Source of the DNA: Candidatus Magasanikiibacteriota bacterium
GTDB lineage: Bacteria > Patescibacteriota > Patescibacteriia > Magasanikbacterales > UBA10146
Length of the DNA: 37,444 bases
Direction of reading: 5' to 3'
Assembly (NCBI GenBank): GCA_016212585.1
Contig: JACRFU010000075.1
Location: 1-37,444 of the forward strand
Position 1 is the stretch's first letter, and every line of letters starts with the position of its first letter. The translations under genes and the position numbers were made by a program. Positions 10,290 through 18,977 of the stretch are shown in pieces. Below the pieces are notes generated by a model. That model was not told the DNA's origin. It did not search any database and worked only from the letters and a program-made list of their open reading frames with translations.

Positions 10290-12353
10290 TTAATCCGATA
10301 ATTTTGCCTCAACTCTCTTTAGAAGAACCGCGTTAGTGGCAACAATAATAGAAGAAGCGGACATCAAAAGCGCGGAAATTTCCGGACGTAGAGAAATGCC
10401 AAATGAAGTATAAAATACTCCGGCCGCGACTGGGATGGCGAGCACATTATAAATCGCCGCCCAAAAAAGATTTTGCTTCATCTTCACCACAGTTGCCCTG
10501 CTTAAACGGATTGCCGCCACAATATCGTACGGATCGGATTTCATCAGCACAATATTGCCGGTTTCTACAGCAACATCGGTGCCAGCGCCGATAGCAATTC
10601 CTATATCCGCTTGAGCTAACGCCGGGGCATCGTTAATACCATCACCTACCATTGCCACAAATTTTCCTTCTTCTTGGAGTTTTTTAACATATTTTGCTTT
10701 GTCTTCCGGCAGGACATGCGCGAAATAGCGTTTAATCCCCAAATCATTGGCGACTTTCTTTGCTACTTCTTCATGATCTCCGGTTATCATCGCTACTTCA
10801 ATTCCCATCTCCTGCAATATAGCCACCGCTGTTTTTGCAGTTGGCTTGACCTCGTCGGCGATGCCCGCTGCGCCGATAATTTTTCCGTCAACCGCCACGA
10901 TGCTGATAGTGTTTCCATTAGACAAAAGGCGGTCTATTTCCGTTTTCATTTTTCCGAAATCAATTTTATTGTCAATCATTAAACGCTCGGTCCCGGCCAA
11001 AACAATTTTTCCGTCAATTTCCGCTTTTATTCCATGCCCGCCGAGGCTCTCAAATTTTTCCGTTTTTTTATTTCTAAATTCCAATTTTTTATTCTCTGCC
11101 TCTTTAATGAGAGCGGCGCTGATAGGGTGATTGGAACTGGTCTCCACAATCGCGATTATTTCTAAAACCTGACTTTGATTGTAACCTTCGGCCGCCACAA
11201 TCTCTGTCACTCTTGGTTTCCCTTCTGTAAGCGTTCCTGTTTTATCAAGAACAATAGCGGTTAATTTTGAAGTATTTTCAAGCGTGACCGCGTCTTTGAT
11301 TAAAATATTATGTTTGGCGCCAATTCCCGTGCCAACGGCAATGGCCGTCGGTGTGGCCAGCCCCAAAGCATCCGGACAAGCAATCACAATCGTAGAAACA
11401 GCAAAAGTTAAAGCGACTAGAGCAGTGTCTCCTGCAATAAAATACCAACCGAAAAAAGTTGCCAGTCCCGAGCCGATCGCTAAAACAACAAGCCACGCCG
11501 CGGCTTTGTCGGCGATTCTTTGCCCCGGCGCTTTGGAATTTTGCGCGGTTTCCACCATTTTAATAATTTGCGCCAAAACCGTATCGCCGCCAACTTTAAT
11601 CGCTTTAAACTTAATCACTCCGGTTTGGTTGATTGACCCGCCGATAACTTTGTCGTTGATTTTTTTGGTAACGGGGATTGACTCGCCAGTAACTAATGAC
11701 TCATCAATTGAAGATTCGCCTTCCATAACTTCGCCGTCAACAGGAACTTTATCACCCGGCTTAAGTATGACAATATCTCCGACCACAATTTCAACGCTGG
11801 GGATTATTACTTCCTTGCCGTCGCGCCAAACTCTCGCTTGCGGAGGAACTAAATCAAATAAAGCCCGGAGTGCCTCGGAAGTGCCGCGACGAGACTTCAT
11901 TTCCATCCAATGACCGAACAAAACAAACGTCACTAAAAGTGCTGCCGCTTCATAAAAAGTTTCAACTCCTTGCTGCATCACGGTTAAAACAACGCTAAAA
12001 AGATACGCCGCCAAAACGCCGGTTGATACCAAAACAGACATATCCAGCTTTCTTTTTTTGAACGAATAATATGTGCCGGTAATAAAAATTGATCCAGCCC
12101 AAAAAACAATCGGCGTGGTGAGAATAAAAAGAAGCCAATTAACAGGAATAGGCGTTGGCAGATTAAGTTTGAAAAAATTTTTACCAACCGGCGAATATAA
12201 AAATATGGGAATGGATAAAATTAAAGAAATCCAAAATCGACGGCGCATATCCGCTTCCATCGCTTTTGCTGTCTGGGGATTGGTCATCGCAGCTTCGTGA
12301 TTCATGTGCGACATTTTGGACATGTCGTGCCCCGCGTGATTTATTGTTTGCAT
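10290..12353 (-). CDS. Second heavy-metal P1B ATPase with His/Met-rich N-terminus and CPD motif
   Basis: HAGHDMSKMSHMNHE N-terminus, [32 protein letters not shown]. Confidence 0.92.
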   Translation of the reverse strand: MQTINHAGHDMSKMSHMNHEAAMTNPQTAKAMEADMRRRFWISLILSIPIFLYSPVGKNFFKLNLPTPIPVNWLLFILTTPIVFWAGSIFITGTYYSFKKRKLDMSVLVSTGVLAAYLFSVVLTVMQQGVETFYEAAALLVTFVLFGHWMEMKSRRGTSEALRALFDLVPPQARVWRDGKEVIIPSVEIVVGDIVILKPGDKVPVDGEVMEGESSIDESLVTGESIPVTKKINDKVIGGSINQTGVIKFKAIKVGGDTVLAQIIKMVETAQNSKAPGQRIADKAAAWLVVLAIGSGLATFFGWYFIAGDTALVALTFAVSTIVIACPDALGLATPTAIAVGTGIGAKHNILIKDAVTLENTSKLTAIVLDKTGTLTEGKPRVTEIVAAEGYNQSQVLEIIAIVETSSNHPISAALIKEAENKKLEFRNKKTEKFESLGGHGIKAEIDGKIVLAGTERLMIDNKIDFGKMKTEIDRLLSNGNTISIVAVDGKIIGAAGIADEVKPTAKTAVAILQEMGIEVAMITGDHEEVAKKVANDLGIKRYFAHVLPEDKAKYVKKLQEEGKFVAMVGDGINDAPALAQADIGIAIGAGTDVAVETGNIVLMKSDPYDIVAAIRLSRATVVKMKQNLFWAAIYNVLAIPVAAGVFYTSFGISLRPEISALLMSASSIIVATNAVLLKRVEAKLSD

Positions 12354-12370
12354 AAACTATTTTGCATTAA

Positions 12371-13075
12371 TTAACGCAACGGACGATCAAAACTATATTC
12401 TCCTTCTACTCTCATAAATTTATTATTCACACAAGAATAAATGAGCGGACGACCTGTTGGAAGATCTAAAAATGGAATTTGATCATCTTCTATATTTTCT
12501 AAAAATTTGATAATCGCGCGTAACGTGTTTCCGTGCGCGACAATTAGCACTTTCTGTCCTTGCCCTATTCTTGGGTGGATACACTCTTGAAAATATGGAA
12601 TTACCTTGTCAAATACATCTTTTAAACTTTCACCTTTAGGCGGTCTATCCTTGAATCCACGGCGCCACCTAGACACTTTTTTTAAGCCAAATTGTTGAGA
12701 AGCTAGAGCTTTGTCTAACCCCTGCAAATCACCATAGGATCGTTCATTAAGATGTGTACTCGTAAAAATAAGAAATGTTTCACGAATAAAATCCTCCGGC
12801 GACTTACTAAAATGGTTATAAGAGCGATTTTTCTCATGTTGAAAGATTCCAATCTTTTTCTGATGCGACAAAATAACCAGAAGGGTTTCGTGCGCGCGTT
12901 CAAGGTGCGATGTAAAAGCAACGTCATAATCAAATTGCCTGCAATGATCGGCGACTTGATGCGCTTCATCAAGTCCTTTTTTACTCAAAGGAATATCAAT
13001 CAAGCCGGTAAAAATATTTAATTCATTCAAGCGAGACTCGCCGTGCCGCACTAGAACAAGCGTCCCATGTTTCAT
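12371..13075 (-). CDS. gpmA: 2,3-BPG-dependent phosphoglycerate mutase (histidine phosphatase family)
   Basis: LVLVRHGES, LNERSYGDLQG, PPKGESL, AHGNTLRA motifs. Confidence 0.85.
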   Translation of the reverse strand: MKHGTLVLVRHGESRLNELNIFTGLIDIPLSKKGLDEAHQVADHCRQFDYDVAFTSHLERAHETLLVILSHQKKIGIFQHEKNRSYNHFSKSPEDFIRETFLIFTSTHLNERSYGDLQGLDKALASQQFGLKKVSRWRRGFKDRPPKGESLKDVFDKVIPYFQECIHPRIGQGQKVLIVAHGNTLRAIIKFLENIEDDQIPFLDLPTGRPLIYSCVNNKFMRVEGEYSFDRPLR

Positions 13076-13090
13076 ATCGTGCTATCAAAA

Positions 13091-13378
13091 TCATTTATTA
13101 GACAAAACATAAAGTTTAATCAATTCGCTGATTGTTTTGGACTCTTCTTTACCATTTATCTGATGTTTAACATGGGAACGCAAATGATTCTCAATAAGAA
13201 AGGCGTCAAGACTTTTGAGCGAGCGTTGAATAGAACGGGTCTGCTCAAGTAATTGGGTACAGTACAGTTCTTGATCAATAGCCTTAATAAGACCTTCCAA
13301 CTGGCCCCGAATTATTCTTGCTCTGTGAAGAGCCCTTTTTTTGAGTTTTTGATTTACCATGACAGGTTGATGAAACAT
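13091..13378 (-). CDS. CsoR/RcnR-family metal-sensing repressor
   Basis: RARIIRGQLEG..C..LLEQ...HLRSH pattern; His3, Cys40, His65, His69. Confidence 0.9.
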   Translation of the reverse strand: MFHQPVMVNQKLKKRALHRARIIRGQLEGLIKAIDQELYCTQLLEQTRSIQRSLKSLDAFLIENHLRSHVKHQINGKEESKTISELIKLYVLSNK

Positions 13379-13402
13379 ATGCTCAATGTTATATCAGTTC
13401 CT

Positions 13403-13431
13403 ATCATATACCCCCGCCCCCTATTTGTCAA
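13403..13431 (-). promoter_or_regulatory. sigma70 promoter with G-tract spacer (putative CsoR/RcnR operator)
   Basis: Minus strand TTGACA-AATAGGGGGCGGGGGTA (17 bp)-TATGAT, 24 bp before the repressor start; G/C tracts with AT flanks are typical of this family's operators. Confidence 0.8.
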
Positions 13432-13466
13432 GTGCCTCCAAAAATTGTCAATGGCGTGCGTTTTGT

Positions 13467-13937
13467 TTATTTCACATTCCATTTAAAAACACGCTCGGGA
13501 GCTTCTCCAATATCTCTTATTCTTAATTCAAAATATCTTGGTATGGTATTAAAAGGAGCAAAAAATAATGTTCCGCTCCGGTGATGCCCGCCAGGTCCTG
13601 ACCCAGTCCAGCTCACTGGCTTATACTCGTTGGATTGATCATCCAACAGAATAGATTGTTTTACCAAATCATCGTCCAAATCCACGGTATGGGTACTAAG
13701 ATTGATATCAAATTGTAACGGAACATTTAGCTCTATTTTTGCCGGGGTCACCTCAATATTTACCCCCCTTTGTTCGTCCACACGGCTTTCAAACGCGGCA
13801 TCAAGCGATGCGCTGGCGGCAACATTTGGTCTTGCAGATATTTTTTTTGATGTAAGCGTATTGCGTAAAATCAAAATAATGATTGCCACACTCACCGCCA
13901 TCAACACCACCCAAAAAATCATCGTTCGTGTTTTCAT
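13467..13937 (-). CDS. Membrane-anchored hypothetical protein with His motifs
   Basis: N-terminal TM; STHTVDL and GGHHRSG motifs; start overlaps upstream stop. Confidence 0.8.
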   Translation of the reverse strand: MKTRTMIFWVVLMAVSVAIIILILRNTLTSKKISARPNVAASASLDAAFESRVDEQRGVNIEVTPAKIELNVPLQFDINLSTHTVDLDDDLVKQSILLDDQSNEYKPVSWTGSGPGGHHRSGTLFFAPFNTIPRYFELRIRDIGEAPERVFKWNVK

Positions 13938-14371
13938 AGTATTGATTTCTTAAACATAAACAGCTTGCGAGCAATAAAAATTATTCCTCCTATGTTAAAC
14001 GCAAGTCCAATCCAAAATAACCGTATCTGGTAGTGAGCTATAAAACTCAAGGCTCCGGCGATTCCCAATATCGGAGCAATGTTTGCCAGATAGTGCGCGC
14101 AACAAGATATCATCGCGGCGGTTGAGGTTGTGCCTGATACCGCCAATACTTTCCCAGAATCGCGCCGTTCACGCACGGCGTCTTTTAAAAACATATACAA
14201 ACAGATTTGTATGCCAAAGCCTAAAGCCAAACTAACAATATAGTACCAAAAATCGCCAAATTGTTCTTTAGTGAATCTCCATCCAGAGACAAGAGTTAAA
14301 ATAGAAAAATAAAAAACCAACAACATCACGCTTGCCGCCAATCCGTACAATATTGGTTTGAAATACTTCAT
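13934..14371 (-). CDS. Four-TM hypothetical protein with MISCCAH motif
   Basis: Hydrophobic 145 aa; translationally coupled on both sides. Confidence 0.8.
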   Translation of the reverse strand: MKYFKPILYGLAASVMLLVFYFSILTLVSGWRFTKEQFGDFWYYIVSLALGFGIQICLYMFLKDAVRERRDSGKVLAVSGTTSTAAMISCCAHYLANIAPILGIAGALSFIAHYQIRLFWIGLAFNIGGIIFIARKLFMFKKSIL

Positions 14372-15051
14372 TTTAACTTCGCCAATTCATCCACGAGTTG
14401 GTTATTATGAATCGCCATTCTTGGATCATCATATACATGCTGGACAATTCCCTCTCTATCTATAATAACATAACTATGCCCGGGCAAAGACCCAAAATGC
14501 ATGGATGATGGCGTGGTGAGCACACCAAAATTATTGGAAACTTGTTTGTCTGTGTCAAACACTACCGTTGCCTTAGCTAATTCCGGCATTTTTTTAACGG
14601 CGCTTTGCCAATCTTTGGCAGAGTCAACCACTATAGATAGGACTACGGTGTCCGCGTTGTTCAATCTGTTGTCGGAAGCGAGTTGGACAATTTGTTCCCA
14701 GCACGCGGGATAACACATTAACCCCTCATTGAAAAAAAGAACGATCTTTTTGCCTTTGAGACTCTCTTTGCTATAGGTTTTGCCATCTTTATCAACAAAT
14801 GCAAAGTCAGGAACGGATTTTCCGACTAAAGCGTCAATACCCGCGGTAGAGGCTTTGCCTCCATTCCCGGAATGATGTCCCGCTATGCCATCTTGCGATT
14901 CTTGCGTTTTAGCAGTAGCAGTATTCTTATTTTCTTTTTCCGCGGCACTGCTCAAAAACCAAATCGCGGCAACTACTATAATGGTAAACGAAGCAATACC
15001 TGCCAGAATAACCGAATTTTCATTCTTGTCGTGGTGTGTCTTTTTGCTCAT
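14368..15051 (-). CDS. Membrane-anchored thioredoxin-fold protein (AhpC/TSA/Sco-like) with CxxxC
   Basis: VPDFAFVDKDGK..LKGKKIVLFF, MCYPAC, GHSYVIIDREG. Confidence 0.82.
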   Translation of the reverse strand: MSKKTHHDKNENSVILAGIASFTIIVVAAIWFLSSAAEKENKNTATAKTQESQDGIAGHHSGNGGKASTAGIDALVGKSVPDFAFVDKDGKTYSKESLKGKKIVLFFNEGLMCYPACWEQIVQLASDNRLNNADTVVLSIVVDSAKDWQSAVKKMPELAKATVVFDTDKQVSNNFGVLTTPSSMHFGSLPGHSYVIIDREGIVQHVYDDPRMAIHNNQLVDELAKLK

Positions 15052-15907
15052 ACTTTTCTTTTTTAAATAAGTAAATAGTTTTGGCTATTAAACCGATGAA
15101 CAATAATAAAAACAGTGCCGCCCACGCGTATTCCGGCAAGAGAGTGATGAATCCTCGTACGGAATTAAATAAGTTAGTGAGATATATATTTACGTCAACC
15201 TGCAACGACGATTGCATGGTAAGCCTATTGGAAAATGCGAGGCTCATGGTTACTACAGCCATTACCATGAACATTATGCCTGAAATAAATTCGCCGATTG
15301 TCAAACTAACTTTTACTGTACCCAATGAATACGAAATCGGCTTACGCATACCCATAAATTTCTTTGTTATCGCGCCTTTATCCAGGAAAGAAGCGATAAA
15401 AAACAAAGGGATTACCATGCCAAGCACGTAACTCAATGTATAGAGTACTCCCCAAAAAATCGATCCGGGTAAAGCCGATAACGCTAACACGCCGGCCAAC
15501 ACCGGCGCGCAACAGGTGGTGGCAATTCCGGAAAATACGCCCAACATAAAAACAGAAAATGGATGATGATTCTTGAGCGTCGGACTCACATGAAAGGGCA
15601 AGGTAAAGTGCCTGCCTGTAAGGAGCAACAAACCAAGAATCATCAGAAAAATACTACCAAAAACAAAAATGGTATTATGATTTTTGCTTAATAACTGCCC
15701 AAATGCGGCAGAACCCAACCCCAGAGGCAAAAAAACCAAAAGGATGCCCAAGAAAAAAATAAAAGTCATTACAAAAACTTTTTTGCGCTCCCGAAATATT
15801 GAGCCGAGGTAAGATGGTAACAACACCGTAATACAACACGGCGCGAAAAGCGCCGCCACACCAGCTACAAATGCCGCCACCAATGAGGTGCCAATGAGTA
15901 CATTCAC
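15020..15907 (-). CDS. ccdA: CcdA/DsbD-beta family transmembrane electron transporter
   Basis: AFVAGVAALFAPCC..LLPSYL and TTCCAPVLAGVL motifs. Start moved to GTG 15907 because the longer ORF overlaps the upstream gene. Confidence 0.82.
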   Translation of the reverse strand: MNVLIGTSLVAAFVAGVAALFAPCCITVLLPSYLGSIFRERKKVFVMTFIFFLGILLVFLPLGLGSAAFGQLLSKNHNTIFVFGSIFLMILGLLLLTGRHFTLPFHVSPTLKNHHPFSVFMLGVFSGIATTCCAPVLAGVLALSALPGSIFWGVLYTLSYVLGMVIPLFFIASFLDKGAITKKFMGMRKPISYSLGTVKVSLTIGEFISGIMFMVMAVVTMSLAFSNRLTMQSSLQVDVNIYLTNLFNSVRGFITLLPEYAWAALFLLLFIGLIAKTIYLFKKEKYEQKDTPRQE

Positions 15908-15914
15908 AAAATTA

Positions 15915-16193
15915 TTATTTGATATCTGTTGATATTTCTTTTTCTTTTTTTTCGCCGCCGGATTTGCAACAACCACCACCCGCGGATTTATTGTCAGATT
16001 GCCCGGAATGTCCATCTTGGCCGTGTCCACCATGCCCCTTCATCATAAAAACATGCAAAAGAGGACATGCGATAACAAAAAGCCACACTAAAGAGTTGCC
16101 CCCTAAATTAGGAAACAATCTTGGCAAAATAATAATGGCGGCTACGACCGCGATACCTATGCCGAGCATAGTGGAAAGTTTTGGAAACTGCAT
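15915..16193 (-). CDS. DUF2933-like small membrane protein with His/Cys-rich tail
   Basis: Two TMs, ACPLLHVFMMKGHGGHG, GGGCC. Confidence 0.78.
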   Translation of the reverse strand: MQFPKLSTMLGIGIAVVAAIIILPRLFPNLGGNSLVWLFVIACPLLHVFMMKGHGGHGQDGHSGQSDNKSAGGGCCKSGGEKKEKEISTDIK

Positions 16194-16197
16194 ATGA

Positions 16198-16731
16198 TTA
16201 ACTCTTTAAATTAAACGAATTAAAATTATATTGAGGTGTTATTTTACATGCTCCATACAATTGTCTATAAATATTTTCAATAAGCCAATAAATAGACGCG
16301 AATAAAAAAATTAAGCTTATCACTTTTAATTCCAACCCCTTAAAAGGCAAGGACATAAGCGCAAATGGCGCGCCAATGAGCGCCAAAAGCGGGGCTCCGC
16401 ATGTTGGGCACCCGGAAGCAACAATGCCTCCAAACGCACCACTTGCGCCCAATGCCGTGCCAGTAGCCGCCTTTCCTTGCTTAATAATATCTCTCCGCAA
16501 AAGCCACACCGTGGCGTACAAGCCAAAAAATATTGAAACGAGCAAAGTGAGCACAACAGACAAAATAGTAAACCACGCGCCGTTCATAAGCGCGTACGCG
16601 TAGATGCTTTTGCCGGTAATGTTAAATATCATCAAATAATACGAAATGCCAAACATGACAAACCCCGCGGCGAGCGCCGTCAAAAAATATCGTTTTCTTT
16701 TCAATGAGGAAAAAAGTATTGCAAAAAACAT
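16198..16731 (-). CDS. Membrane protein with intramembrane GCPTC
   Basis: Hydrophobic; ASGCPTCGAP; start ATG 16731 abuts upstream stop at 16733. Confidence 0.78.
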   Translation of the reverse strand: MFFAILFSSLKRKRYFLTALAAGFVMFGISYYLMIFNITGKSIYAYALMNGAWFTILSVVLTLLVSIFFGLYATVWLLRRDIIKQGKAATGTALGASGAFGGIVASGCPTCGAPLLALIGAPFALMSLPFKGLELKVISLIFLFASIYWLIENIYRQLYGACKITPQYNFNSFNLKS

Positions 16732-16732
16732 A

Positions 16733-17581
16733 TTATTTTTTTGGAGTAGCGACACCGCTCTTTGTTTGCGCGGACGGATCAATTATTTTTCCTGTTTTTA
16801 AATCTTTGTAGACACCCATTGACGCTACTCCTTTATCAAAAATATACGAGTTATTTTTTACCACACCGACTTGTGGCCAAACCTTGAGCAATCCCTGATA
16901 CTCCTTTACGTCTCCCGTAAGCACAAAAGTTGGCACAAGAAATATTTTGTAAATTTCTAAGAGGGTTTTAGCTTCTGGAGTGTTTATGTCAATAATTTTT
17001 GTCTTGGAATTAAGGCCAAATTGAGAGAGTATCGCCTGATGTTTTTTTACATCATAGCAAGTACCGCATGAAGAATCAGTAATCAATGCCAATTCCGTCC
17101 TGCCCTTTATTTCGCCAGTCGCGACAGACACATACGGCCCGCCGATTTGCCTCAAAACAAAGGTATCGCCATCTATACTGCCTACGCGCGAGAGCGACGT
17201 CTTCAAATCAGCGTTTTTTTGAACCTCCCCGCGCAAAATAATCGTCGGCAATTTATCTATCTTATATTTGGCAATCAGTGTTTTTGCTTCTTCATCGTTT
17301 CTTTCTATAGCGCGATGAGAAGACAACACAACATTTGTCTTAGAAAAATTTTTCAGCATCGGCGCCACATCAAAACAATCCGCGCAACTTTTGTCTTGTA
17401 TCGTTATCGCATCTATCCGCGCCGGACGCGCAGCTTCTTTATTTTCAGCTATCTTGGTCTTGACTATGGAGTTCGCGCGCGTCATAAACAAAATACCCAG
17501 ACTCGAGCCGCCAAGCACAATGGCAAAAAAAACCCCCACTATCCAAAAATTTATGGAAACGTTCGCGTCAGAATTTTGCAT
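16733..17581 (-). CDS. Membrane-anchored protein with two tandem thioredoxin-like CxxC domains
   Basis: Internal duplication: DKSCADCFDV..EAKTLIAKYKIDKLPT and DSSCGTCYDV..EAKTLLEIYKIFLVPT. Confidence 0.82.
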   Translation of the reverse strand: MQNSDANVSINFWIVGVFFAIVLGGSSLGILFMTRANSIVKTKIAENKEAARPARIDAITIQDKSCADCFDVAPMLKNFSKTNVVLSSHRAIERNDEEAKTLIAKYKIDKLPTIILRGEVQKNADLKTSLSRVGSIDGDTFVLRQIGGPYVSVATGEIKGRTELALITDSSCGTCYDVKKHQAILSQFGLNSKTKIIDINTPEAKTLLEIYKIFLVPTFVLTGDVKEYQGLLKVWPQVGVVKNNSYIFDKGVASMGVYKDLKTGKIIDPSAQTKSGVATPKK

Positions 17582-17608
17582 ATTTTAAAGATTACTCAAA
17601 ATATAAAC

Positions 17609-18031
17609 TTAACAACCCCCAACTTGATTCGGCAGGCCTTGTCCAGAACCTGAAGGCACACCAACAGCGGCTGGCGAAGACTTAAAATCTCCAGATTTTA
17701 ATTTACTATACAGTGACGCAGTCTGAACGGTCTGGAGTATAGAAAGCAACGCTAACACACCTAAAACAACACTCACTGTGGCACTCCCCCACGACAAAGG
17801 CGCGCGGTGCTGTTTGTTGATACTCATCAAAATTTCGTTCTTCAATTCTTCCAACACTGCGCCTTCTGCTGGTGGAACACTCTTAAAATTTTCATGATCT
17901 TCGCTCGCAACAGAATATTCTGTAACATTGTTAGAATTATCATACATTTTTTGGCCATGAATTGAGTCATGGGCGCAACAAGATGATTTTGTCTCCGCCT
18001 CTTCATTATTTTTGTGTATATGCGTTGTCAT
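17609..18031 (-). CDS. Single-TM hypothetical protein, His/Cys N-terminus, C-terminal LPNQVGGC
   Basis: HIH and SCCAHDSIH; one TM; flexible linker to terminal Cys. Confidence 0.78.
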   Translation of the reverse strand: MTTHIHKNNEEAETKSSCCAHDSIHGQKMYDNSNNVTEYSVASEDHENFKSVPPAEGAVLEELKNEILMSINKQHRAPLSWGSATVSVVLGVLALLSILQTVQTASLYSKLKSGDFKSSPAAVGVPSGSGQGLPNQVGGC

Positions 18032-18076
18032 ATAAATGTATGTTAAAAAATAAGTATTTAATGTATTGATCTTGCG

Positions 18077-18865
18077 CTAGCAGCCACCAACTTGTCCGGG
18101 GAGCTTCACCTCACTTGGCAAAGGCGCGCTTTTGCTGTCCGCGCTGTATTGAGGAACTTTTAAGGTAAGCAGTAATGCAGCAACATCCGGCGTATACTGC
18201 CCACTCACCAATTGTTTTGAAATCTTATCAACCATTGCTTTGGGGAAATAACTGCCTTTCCAGCGCGCCAATTCACGCAAAATCTGATCATCGGTATACT
18301 CTAACGCGTGTTTCTCCAATAAATACGCCGCCAGACCGCGCATGGCTTGAGAATGCGCGCAACCGCACGCCGCATCGCCATTTTGCTGTATAAGAGCCGT
18401 AGCTCCGCAACAAAACTCACAAGCAATTTTTGTGCCCACATTAATGTATCGTTTTAACAAATCACCGGAGAGTTGGATTTTTTTACTGCCATACGTGGGA
18501 TCAAAGTCTTTCATGATATTCATAGATTGAGGGACGTTCGCAAAATCTACCACCAACTCATTTCCATATACTTCTGGCACGCCTTGAGCAAGCGCCAGTT
18601 TTATCGCGTCTTGCCCCACATTTCCTGTCAAACCTCTGTTGGTGCCGACATTTAATTTTACACTTAACTTAGTGAGAAAATTATTTGATTGCACACCGGC
18701 AAACTCTCTGCTTTTTGAAAGGACAAATTGATTGGTAAAAAGTGAAATGGTTATTACTACGAGCAAAACACTATTAATGGTTGAACGTCTTTTCAACCAT
18801 GACGTACCATGACGTGAATAATACGCCGATTCTCTTTTGTCTGATTCTTTTGGTATTTCATGCAT
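18077..18865 (-). CDS. Membrane-anchored Cys-cluster protein, C-terminal LPGQVGGC
   Basis: CEFCCG...ACGCAHSQAM; first gene after the operator-containing promoter. Confidence 0.82.
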   Translation of the reverse strand: MHEIPKESDKRESAYYSRHGTSWLKRRSTINSVLLVVITISLFTNQFVLSKSREFAGVQSNNFLTKLSVKLNVGTNRGLTGNVGQDAIKLALAQGVPEVYGNELVVDFANVPQSMNIMKDFDPTYGSKKIQLSGDLLKRYINVGTKIACEFCCGATALIQQNGDAACGCAHSQAMRGLAAYLLEKHALEYTDDQILRELARWKGSYFPKAMVDKISKQLVSGQYTPDVAALLLTLKVPQYSADSKSAPLPSEVKLPGQVGGC

Positions 18866-18883
18866 AAAAAATAAATTAAAAAT

Positions 18884-18923
18884 AGCTACTACACAGTATA
18901 GTAGCTTTTCATTAAAATGTCAA
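18884..18923 (-). promoter_or_regulatory. sigma70 promoter overlapped by a putative BlaI/CopY-family operator
   Basis: TTGACA (18923-18918)-17 bp-TATACT (18900-18895); inverted repeat AGCTACTA-N7-TAGTAGCT at 18884-18906 covers the -10. Confidence 0.85.
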
Positions 18924-18977
18924 ATCTGGTCAAAAAATCTTATCCACAAGTCAAAATTTCATTCGGCGGCAAACCCA

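Noticed and set aside
5473..12300. Many + strand ORFs opposite the two ATPases
   Set aside because: Antisense frames of conserved genes with no independent motifs
15908..16033. Long N-terminal extensions in the ORF track (ccdA 16033; also 1962, 16782, 25773, 28290, 32088)
   Set aside because: They overlap neighbouring genes or regulatory DNA; downstream starts fit signal peptides and gene spacing better
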